Shown piece by piece: positions 28,022 through 38,719 of a stretch of 64,000 nt of DNA (position 1 is the stretch's first letter; every line of letters begins with the position of its first letter). Under the pieces are notes generated by a model. The model worked only from the letters and a program-made list of their open reading frames with translations, had not been told where the DNA came from and made no database searches. Both the position numbers and the translations under genes were made by a program. The DNA comes from Podarcis bocagei (lineage: Eukaryota): the NCBI GenBank assembly GCA_964188305.1, contig OZ076888.1, one strand, 5' to 3'.

Positions 28022-31000
28022 CTCCCTCCCATTGGAAATCTTTCTAATGTAGTTTTTTATAAAAAAAACAACAGTTATACAAAACCTATACAAAATCCCT
28101 CTTTGAGCTCAAATATTTGCATTATTTGGTTCTTATGAAATAATATAAAGTATATGTTCCTCTCCTCCCTATCTCCCTTTCAGGAATATATATCCAGAAA
28201 GAGCTCCTGCAACAATATTTAGACTTGGTCATTTACTTCCTCTGCAATTGGCACAAGGGTTATCGTCACTCTTTCCTATTATTCCTACTTTACTGTTCAC
28301 ATTAACCACTAGCACTAAGTCATGGGCTGAATCTATTGCTTTCTGAAGTCTGCTCTTAAGTCTTAGTATCTGCACTGAGAGCTCCTCTCTTGGCACCGTC
28401 AGGCCATTGGTTCTCCTTTGAAAAGTAAGAGTTGGACGGTGCAAAAGTGGCAGCTTTAAAGCATCCCATCTTTGGTTGGAAGAGTCTTGCAAACAAACAC
28501 GACGATATTAGCGCTGAAAAGTTTAATGTTAGTTCTGAAAAGTCCATAAACAATGCAGCGTCGTCGGTGGTAACACTTCTCAGTGCTCAGCCAGGAGATA
28601 TGTGTCAGATCAAAGCAGAATTCTGGAAATCTCCTGTCCTATCTCTTCCTCTAAATCAGCCCTAGGGTTGTTCTGTAATATATGCACGAAGTTTTGAAAT
28701 GTTTTATTGTAAATATATTCCACCTCTTCCATCTCTCCCCCTCCCCCCCTTCTTTACTTCTGCCATATTTTGGCGACACAAAGACTTGAGTTCCAAAACA
28801 ATTTGAGGTTTTTATTCGGGATGGGGGTATTAAAAAAAAAAAGATTTCACGCCATTCTTCAATTATTTATCACTTGCATATAAACTAGACACTTTAAAAA
28901 ATATTGCCACTTTTCTCTCCTGAACAGGAACCAAGTTAGAAAATAAGGCACAAGGTTACCCTTGTAATGAGGAAAAGAAAACGACTTTACAGAAACCTTC
29001 TGGGACAGTCAAGTAAGTTAAAATATGACTTTCTTTAAAACAACCAAAAAAAAACCAAAGACAATATATGATTCCTCCCCTATAGTGTTTAACTTGCTTG
29101 CATGAACGCAAATCAGCCACACAAGGTCCCACCAGCAAGCGCTTAATCCTGCTCTCTGCCTATTCATTTGGAGGTTCTAGAATTAATATTTGACAACTCT
29201 CTCATTGAAACAACAACCCCTGACCCTCTGTGATTGCATTGTCACATTATTCTATGACATATTCATCTTGCATTAATTTACGGGCGATTTGATTGGAATG
29301 AGGTTTGACATGTATTGGATCCTATTAAAGAAGAAAGCTTTGATCTTGGCGATGGGGTTTACATGATATGTATCATCGTTACCCGGTATACCAGCTTTCC
29401 ACAATGTGCTGGCTACCCAACTTCCACCATGCGAGGAGTTAAGTAGGGCATTGATTGACATCTTATCTGACAGGAATACCTTAATCTGGGGCACTAGATT
29501 AAGTATTCCATTTGAAATAAACATTTGATTGGGTTGATCTTCAGTAATTCACGTTCTGAACTGGTGGGAGGAAGAGGATTTGGAGCCATCCCATCTTCAC
29601 AACTGGTCATTACCTTCTACATATTACCTGCTTTGTCATCTTTTCCTGAAGCTTAGCCCAGTTAGACATTAGTTTTCAGCAATAAAAGGCAGGTCATATT
29701 AAAGGGGGGGGGGAGAGATACAGAATTTCTCCTTTATTTTACATCAGTATTTTCCGTCATATTTTCTGAGCCAATACCTTCCTGAATAAAAGGGAGGGTT
29801 CACGTTTAATTCTCATCATTATCTTGCGGCGATTCTTCACCAATCCTTCCACGTGGCTCTTCTTGATTTTGGTGAATTCCGTCCCTTCTCTTAAGTCTCC
29901 CGGCTGCCTAAATGCTGAATAGGTGATCAGGAAACACGGGCTTCCCCCTGTATTATTCTCTTACAGCCCATCAACAACTCAGTTAATCCCCCAGATAACT
30001 TGGGTTTTAAATGGATTGTTTCCCTCGAAATCATGTGCACGACACAAGTCTTGCACCCGTATATTTCAGCTTAAGGAAGCCTCTTATCGGGCTGGTTCCT
30101 TTTCCTATGAATTCCTACGCTGCTATTCGAATTAAGGCGACAATGTCCGTAGTGCACCCTGAAGATTTGCGTTTACAGGCGATTTTTGAAGTGGAAAGGG
30201 GTAGAGTTGCATAGAAATCCCTTATTCACAAGACTTTCCTTCTTCATAAGCAGTGAAGACCTTCTTCGGAAAGGTCACCACTTCCCTACACTGATTCAAT
30301 GACCCTTCAGCGAGACAGACATAGAAAACGCGAAAAAAGTTTCTGCGAGTCTCAATCGCCCAGAGAATCTGGCTGTTTTAACTAAAAGCTAAAGGTCAGA
30401 TTCTGCTAGCAGATACAGCCTTATAAACTCTGTTAAAGAGATGGGGTAAAGAAAATACTGGCAGCGTATAAGACCAGATGATTGCTCTAAAGTTCAGGAA
30501 GTTTATTTATTTATTTATTTGTTGTTGTTGTTTTTTAAAAAAGCTTACACTCTTCCATTCTGTATTTACTTATTTATTGGGGAAATCAGCCAGGTGTCGT
30601 GTTTATGCAGAAATGTAATCTATTCCTTGCGGAAGATAGGATAATATAAACTACAAATGTGATTATATCTAGGTTTAGAGTGCAAAAAAGCACCTCAGAC
30701 TCTTAGGCTGTTGATCCTTGGAACTGATCGAGAAGGTATTTGGGGGGGGGGGAGTGTAAATCTCCTTCCCACAACAGATTTCTGCTGAATCTCCAACCTA
30801 CAGAAATAATACTGTGGTTTCTCTTATGCAGAAATCTTAACCACATCTTTTCCAGTTCGTCCCTGAGGTCACTGGAAGCAACAGAACACGCCATTGGGCG
30901 GCAATCCTGCCGACACTTAAGCAGACATAATTGTCGCTGGTGTCAGTGGGAGACAGAGGGCAGAATGGCTGCTTTGCTGCCTACTTTCTGGTATGCATTT

Positions 31001-31480
31001 ATTTCCTAGGCTATGATAAGCAAAACCTGAAACGGAAGAAGTCTATTGTCATTTGTTCAGCTTTTCAATGATTATTAGTAGGTGCTGTCAATGTGGTTGT
31101 GTGTGCGTAATAGGAGGGTTTTTCTTCAACAAACCTCATCTCTCTCCTACTAACTGTCTGGCAGGGCAAGTCTGTGATCCCCCCCCCAAACCACTGGGCC
31201 ACGGTGTTCAAGTTGTTAGGATCCTCAAACCAGTTCACAAGACAGTTAAGCCGCAGCAATCTCATTGAAACCCGCTTACATAGTCCCAATAGGTGGACTT
31301 AACTGGGCTCTGTGAGTAAAGGGCATCTTGCCAATACTTTACAATTGGGCCACATTGTCCAGGACAGTCAGTAGGGGGAGAAACTGCGATCCGCAAAACA
31401 TTTTGTGGACAAACGTGCAAGGACTTCTAATTGTCTCTTCCACGCCGTATGCGGCTGCGGTCCTCCGGTGGGAAGCTAAT

Positions 31481-31522
31481 AGCAGCAGCAGCAGTAGTAG
31501 TAGCAGCAGCAGCAGTAGTAGT
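31481..31522. repeat. (AGC)/(AGT) compound trinucleotide repeat
   Basis: Read directly from the sequence. Confidence 0.85.
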
Positions 31523-31849
31523 CCAATGGAGCTAGTAACCAAACAGTCTTATTGCCTTTGGGGAGTCTAGATTCTGCTTTTGGCTAGTGGCCATGCTAAC
31601 GCAACTGGGCTGGGCGTTATTCTTGCAAAGTGCAGCTCTCCTTGTCATCAAGTTCCTCAGCTCCAGTATTTATATTAGAAGTGGAATGCGTCCATGAGGG
31701 CCATGACAGTTTAAAAATATAAGGCGGGGAGTCCCTGCCATCCCGATTTGTTTATTTGTGGAAGGGTGAGCTATTCTGCTCTTCTGGTCGTTTTATCTAC
31801 TCAATATACAGAACATGTTTTGCAGGCAAAATGAACTACTAAATGAACC

Positions 31850-31895
31850 GTGCGCGCGCGCGCGCGCGCGCACACACACGCACACACACACACAC
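31850..31895. repeat. (GC)10-(AC)n alternating purine-pyrimidine tract
   Basis: gtgcgcgcgcgcgcgcgcgcgcacacacacgcacacacacacacac. Confidence 0.9.
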
Positions 31896-33450
31896 TGAGG
31901 GAACCACAAAGAAAAGCGCACATTAGACAGGTAAGAGCTGCAGCGCAGATGCAAGTCTCCTGGATAACTCTGCAACTTTGTTCAAGCCCTCCTCGTTCTG
32001 TTTCCTCCGCCTTCTGGTCATGTGTACAGCTCCATCTGCATCACCACCCTCCCTCACTTGTCTGCTCTGTCTCCTTTATGCGCGCGCGCGCACACACACA
32101 CACACACGCACAGAGATATGTCTCCCAAGGTACACAACAAATGCTAGGAGTGAGAGCACTAACTTCACCTAATATAATGAGAGAGACACCATGGGCCATT
32201 TCTTTTCCATTGGACTCATGCAAGCAGAGGGGGGAACAAGGGGGGGAAACCCCTGTGAGGAACCTCAGGGTTTTAAGTAAGAGCGGATAAAGCCATTAGC
32301 GTTTGACAAGAAGCCATGCCAATATTTTAGAATGGCCTAAGCCAACCGATAGTAACATATATATATATTGATAAACTGTTCCAGATGTTTTCTCCCTTGA
32401 CTGAGGACTGTCAGGACTGAAGGATGTCAAGAGTGTAGAGGTGAAGTGGTTGTAAGGAGGGATGAGGAAAACAGCTTTATTTGGAAGTCACACTCTCAGT
32501 ACCTTTGTAAGTAACAGCCTTCCAGAGTCCTGCTTCCGATAACGTTTCTTTCTTTCTGTGATCTTCTTCGGAGATGGTCAGGGATGAGGAAGGAAAAGAC
32601 GAAATGTTTTTGGCTTAGGGCGAAGAAACTGGCAAGGGAAGGTCGTCTTGAACTACTGGGGGGTTTAAGTTGTCTACATAAACATGTTACGTAAGGAGAG
32701 CTAGTTAATTACAGCGTGTGTAACTTTTCAGGTCCTCGGGGCATCAATGTGTGCGCGCGCGTTACATTCATACAATAATAAATACCGATTTAGCTGCCTT
32801 TTATTTTATCCTCAGTATTGTGATCTGTACAAAAATGGTCAAAAACAAGAATATAACTCCCGCTATGGTATAAAGTGTAATGAGATGCTTCTTAGATAAT
32901 TATTTATGCATGTCGTACATCTTGAACTCGATATTCCACGATTTAGCAATTCAAAAATATTTTATAGGAGGCAGGCTCCTATTTTTCTGCTTTACGTAAA
33001 TTTGATTGGCAATTGCCTGAGTCGGGAATTGTTGTTCCCAAGCATACAAAAACAACATTTAGCTAGCAACTTTAGAATATCCCAAGAAATTGTTTTGATG
33101 TTTGCTAAGGTCTGTCTCCGGGGTGATTTTTCTAAAATGCAGTGACTGGCAACTGTTTCAACATTATAGCTAAACGTTGCTTTTAAAAAATAAAAACAAA
33201 AAGTTCAAATATTTTTTGGGGGGTGAGGGGATAGTGGTGGAAAAGCTGTAAGTGTTCAGTGCGGCTTCAGATAGTTTATTTACTGTATGACAGGATGTAA
33301 ATTTTGCGATGATGAGAGAAAGAAATATTTACTCTTGAAACTGAAGTTCTGTATCCCGAGAAATGATGTTATTCTCCTTTAATATGTGACTTCCTTTGAG
33401 GGGGGACACACACTTTTAATTCACCACCTAGTCTTGCATCTGAAATGAGT

Positions 33451-33537
33451 TAAAGCCCATCCTATGCATGTTTCCTCGGAACTTCCACAGAATTCAGTTG
33501 GGATTACTCTCAAGTGAGTGTTGTGATTGCATCTTTA
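33451..33537. mobile_element. Decayed ~90-bp palindromic MITE copy
   Basis: atcctatgcatgtttcctcggaa...ttcagttgggattactctcaagtgagtg...gattgcatc. Confidence 0.55.
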
Positions 33538-35984
33538 ATAACACTGACCTCACTAATACTCAGGGCATTACCACAAGTAACTTAAGAGCGGCTTTCGGTT
33601 TCAGGACATCACTTGTGCAGCTATTAACACGGGACAGAAAGCGAGAAAGAATATTATTTTTAAAAGTACGTGTCGATTTTGCATTTTACTTTTGCCCAAA
33701 TGGTTCAGTTTTTAAAAATAAAATAAAAATAAAGGGCTCTTTTCGCAGGATGTCATTTAAAAGTAAAAAATGCTGCTTGTTCAGTGGGGGAAAACATTCT
33801 CAAAATTGCCGTGTTTCTTACTGGATTTTAAGTAACATTGAAAGCTGCCCTTCTGCAGAAAGTGGGTATACTTAAAGTAACTTTTACGTTTAGGAGTTTA
33901 GGTCCAGAGTTCAAGGCCGAATTTTGATATTATCCCGCTAAATGGAGGAGAACAGAATTACCTGAATTCAGTAATATCGGGTTCCAGCATTTATTGGAAG
34001 GGCTTTCAATGACTTTTTTTTTGGTGGGGGTAAAAATAATAAACTCTATACTTTTATTTTCATCACGGATACAGTACACTTGCAATCGGTTTATTTTCCT
34101 TTTGACAGTGAGCAAATGTGAGCATCATAACGTCCGATAGATTTATCTATTAATCTACAGGTTGCTTTTTAAATTGACTTGATCTTTTAATTGCTCCTTA
34201 TAAATGAATGTGGGCGATTGCGTTTGACAGGGAGAGGCAAAGGGATTCAACACGATGTTTCACACGCATCCAGGGCTGCTTCAGATGGTCAGAGACTTAT
34301 TAGTTGCATAAGCCTCCTGAAATGATTTGCAATATTTGGATTGGGTTATACGCGCCAGTTAATTGCAGGTATTAGGTATGACTTTTTGTATTACTTTTAA
34401 AGGGAGGGGGACATAAATATCGTGTAATCGTGGGAAATGAAAGATGTGGCAGAGCTTTAGCCTTTGTTGTTGTTTTAAAGGTCTGGTTCTCTGGGCCGCC
34501 AACAAGTGTCAGAAATCTAAATACCTAGCTGCCCAGCTCCGCTTCCCAGGACGACTTCTGTATGCAAAGCCTGTCTCTTCCACATTGTGCCCATTTCTGT
34601 TGGGGACGGGAGTCCCGGAGATTTGTCTGTGCTATAAATAATCAGCAGTCTAAATTGATGGCGCGGTTGGGCTGGAGGTTAGGAAGCGAGGGTGGAGGTA
34701 GTGTGTGTGTAGGATTGGATCCCTCGAAAGCATCTTGCCTGGCCCGGGGTTTGGGGTCCACCACCAACGCTGTATTGCTTTAAAGAAAATAATCTAGACT
34801 TTTGCTCCTGGCGCAAAACAGGCCTGGTAAACCTGCGCGCTTCTCTACTTCCTACAATGGTGGGTCGTAGGCAAAGGAATTTATGAGGCGGTCTCAGAAA
34901 GCCCCGCGCGTCTCCTGTCTTTCGGATTCATTCATAATCTGGGCGATTGTGAGGGCAGGGAAAGGGGACGGAGGAGAGCTTGCAACGTCTCGGCAGACCT
35001 TCTCCGGGCAGTCTCTCTCCTCCCTACCTCCTTCCCTGCTGATTTCTGCGGCGGCTTGGCCTAGCCGTATTTCGCCCCCCCCCCTCCCCTGTCCCTCGAG
35101 AGCGGAAGTTTTGTGAAAGTCCCTGTGTGATGTGTGCTACCTTCCTCCCCTCCCGCCCCTTCTCCATCTTTGTTGTTGCTCTTGCAGGAAGGAAACTGGA
35201 AGGGAGTTGAGAATTGCACTTTGGTTAGTCCACAATGAGCTGCTCGGTGGCCAATCAGGCAGTCCGCCCCGAAGCAGACACCGATCTGAGCTCTCCATTA
35301 AATCGTCTGCTCATTACGAGGCTAAGTGAGAAAAAGAGACAGGGCTGGGTGTGGAAGGAGAACGTGTGTGTGTGTGTGTGTGTGTGTGTAAGTAAATGGT
35401 TGGAGGCTAGCAAGAGAACAGAAAGCAGAAGGGGCTTGAGCCACGATCCAAGCCGTGCAGGAGTCAGGAGATCACTCAGGATACCTCCAAGCGCCTGGCT
35501 CTTCTAAGCAGATGATCGGGGACAACGAAAGCGTCTTTGGAAGGGGTGGGGAGAAAGCAACAGCCACCCGCCGGCCAGCCTCGCCTCCCCGGCGCTCCCA
35601 GGAGCTGCTGCCGCCGCTTGCTCAAGGCCTTGTTCCTCCTTTGGCAACCACTGCTCATTAGCGCGTAAACGACTCGGAGGACCCCTCATTTCGTCTGGGG
35701 AAGACGGTTCCAGCGGCCCTTAATCAGTTAAACGCAGATAAAAACAAAATGCGGGGAGTAAATGCAAACATCGGACAAGCTCGGCGCACTGGTTAGGGCT
35801 AGAGAGGGAGGGGGCAAAGGGGGAAGAGGAGGAGGAGAAAGGAAAGGAGCTTTTGGTGGGGGGGGGGAATTATCCACAAACGCAGCGCAGGCGCACTGCT
35901 TCCCGAGTCCTCTTCCTCCCTCCCTGCCCCTTTACCCCTTCCTAAATCTTTTCAGACTTCAGCGGGGACCTGTCAGCGCTGACT

Positions 35985-36060
35985 TCGGTCAGGCAGCTTC
36001 GGCCAATCAGCGACCGCCCTGATTGTTTAGCTCTCTGGGTTGGAGCCTAGTCTGTGAAGC
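35985..36060 (+). promoter_or_regulatory. ZIC4 proximal promoter (CCAAT + GC box)
   Basis: GGCCAATCAG at 36001-36010 and CCGCCC at 36015-36020, about 430 nt upstream of the ATG in CpG-rich DNA. Confidence 0.5.
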
Positions 36061-36439
36061 GCTATTCAGTAGCCTCCCAGCGTCCTGCTGCTGCTTCTCA
36101 AAGCGTATGGGATTCCACGTAGGCATTAAAAAAAAAAAAAAGGAAGGAGGAAAAACACACACACACACACACACACAATAATGGAAGAGGAGGGGGAGAA
36201 AAGAAAGGGGAAGGGGGGGAGCGGGGAGCAAAAACAAAACAAAGCCAAATAGTCCAGACCAAGAGAGAGGGAGGGGAAAAACCTTTTTTCTTTGCGGGTG
36301 GGGGGGACTTTCAAAAAAGTTTTTCCACCGCTCTTTCGCTCTTCCTCTTTCTCCCTCGCTGCCCCCTCCTCGGCGTCAGGTGACTTTTTAGAATTGTAGT
36401 AGAACCAGGAGAGCTTGGAGGCTTTGGGGGAGCCCAGTA

Positions 36440-37628
36440 ATGGACTCTGCTTCACTCTCCAAACGGAACACGGCGCTGAAATTACTAGGCTTGGCAGGGG
36501 CTCCTCGTCATCGTCATCACCGCCACCATCACCACTCCCCTCAGAGCATGACAGGCTTCGCCGGGCATCCCCACTCCATGGTTCCCACGCACCCTGGGGA
36601 GTACGCTGCAGAAAGCCGCCTCGGGCTGAGTCCATTCCGGTCAGAACACATGGGGCACCACTACCATCCTCTCCATCATCATCATCACCACCGCCACCAC
36701 TCTCATCCTCCTCATCACTCAGCGGCCCTTAAGCTCAGCCCTGCCCCTCAGCCTCATCCCCACCATCCTGTGACAGGCCAAGCCGAGGTGGTACCCAGTC
36801 CAGCAGGAGCATTTGGCCCGGCGCAGTCAACAACAGTCCCTTACGCAGTCCCTCACCCAAGTCATGCTCTTTCATCAGGTAGGGAATTCTTCCTGCGCAG
36901 AGATCTGACAGCCCCAGTCATGCCAGGGCTCCCTTATCAACACTCTGCTGCTACAGGTTCTCACCATGGAATGTTTGTCTCAACAACAGGTAGCTACCCC
37001 GGACACCATGCTCACCACCACCACCACCACCTCCACCACCACCACTCAGAAGCCGGAACTCCCTCGCTTTTTACTGGACTCCACCATGAGCAACCTCCCC
37101 ATGCAGCTCCAGGTGGCCATCTAAACGGACAGATAAGGCTGGGGCTACCTGGAGAAATGTATGCCAGGTCTGAACCTTTCACGCCAGTACCAGTCTCCAG
37201 GACAGATCCTTTTGCTGCTTCCTCCTTCCACGGCTACGGTGGCATGAACCTGAACGTGAATTTAGCTCCACACCACGGCCCTGGGGCTTTCTTCCGCTAC
37301 ATGAGGCAGCCCATCAAGCAGGAGCTCATCTGCAAGTGGATCGAACTGGACCAGACTCCCAAAAAATTATGCTCCAAAACTTTCAGCACCATGCACGAGC
37401 TGGTGACTCACGTCACCGTGGAGCACGTTGGAGGGCCGGAGCAGTCCAACCACATTTGCTTCTGGGAAGAGTGTCCCAGAGAAGGGAAGCCTTTCAAGGC
37501 CAAATATAAACTGGTCAACCACATCCGAGTCCACACGGGGGAGAAACCTTTCCCTTGTCCTTTCCCGGGATGCGGGAAAGTCTTCGCTCGCTCGGAAAAT
37601 CTCAAAATCCACAAAAGGACGCACACAG
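36440..37628 (+). CDS. ZIC4: ZIC4 coding exon 1, long non-mammalian-type N-terminus (His-rich, ZF-NC, zinc fingers 1-3)
   Basis: [20 protein letters not shown]...[19 protein letters not shown]...HKRTHT; phase-1 donor ACAG|GTCAGT. Head-to-head with ZIC1, as in the known ZIC1/ZIC4 pair. The start codon is less certain than the 3' boundary. Confidence 0.93.
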
Positions 37629-38668
37629 GTCAGTATGGAAAGGTCTTTCTTCATTCGTGTTTTGTTCAACTATCTGCTGCATGTGCGATCTCCCCCACCC
37701 CCGCCCGCTATAATTCTACATAGACTTAATACTAGCCAATGAAGACCGGATCAATAGTTTGTTTTGATTGTTGTCTTTCGTTTGAAGAATTGAGGCGTGT
37801 GTGTGCATAATGCTGACGTGTATGTGTATGTGCGTATGCAAGAAAGGTCTTCCATGATTTAGATCGGGATTTCCTGGAGAGGGGAGAGTTAAAAAGCCCT
37901 ATAGAGACGGAAAAGCATCCAATCTTGATGCAAGCTCGCAAATTAGGAGCGAACAATGGAAGTTGCAACTTGTCTAGGCAGTTTTGAGTGATGCTGCTGG
38001 GATGCTGCTTCTGCCGCCTTCCTTGTGAGAAAAGCACAGCTGCAAGGTCCCCTCTTTTTGTTTTGTACGAGGAACCCTGCGATGTTTCATCCCAAGTCTT
38101 CGTAAGAGCCTTTTCCTTCTTAAAGTGCTACGGAGATTGAAATATGGGAAGGTGCTCTTTAGGAACCTGGGAAGGAAAGAGGGGAGTAGTGGTGTGTGTT
38201 TGGAGTTAATTTTGTCTTCCTAGCATGTTCTTTTTGAACGGTCATTGGCCAGAATTATGAAGGAATTTTTTGTCAGAAATAGGAACAATTTCTCGTTAAG
38301 ACAGAAAGGAAAGTTATTTGAAGGGGAAGACCTTGCCAACACCCTCTTTGACCTCGGAATCCACAGAAGCATCTGTGGTGAATGAATGAAACTGGCGGTA
38401 TAAAGTTTTCAGACTTCCAAATTCAGCCTGTGAAGTTGTAGAGAGTTAGTTTAGCAGCCGGTCTTCTTAGCTTTTTATTGCCTTCTCCACTCCATTCCTT
38501 CCTATCCGACTCTCTTTCTCTCTCACACACACACCAGAAGATAATAAATAAGCCCTTTTGGAAAATTAAATCCGTTCCACTGTGCAGTTTTTTGCACACA
38601 CACTCCACAGCCTTATAAACTCCCAGGAAAACGACATAATCCTATTGTAAGATATCCTTACAACCCAA

Positions 38669-38671
<3 letters not shown>

Positions 38672-38715
<44 letters not shown>
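38672..38715. repeat. (CT)n microsatellite in the ZIC4 intron
   Basis: Read directly from the sequence. Confidence 0.95.
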
Positions 38716-38719
<4 letters not shown>

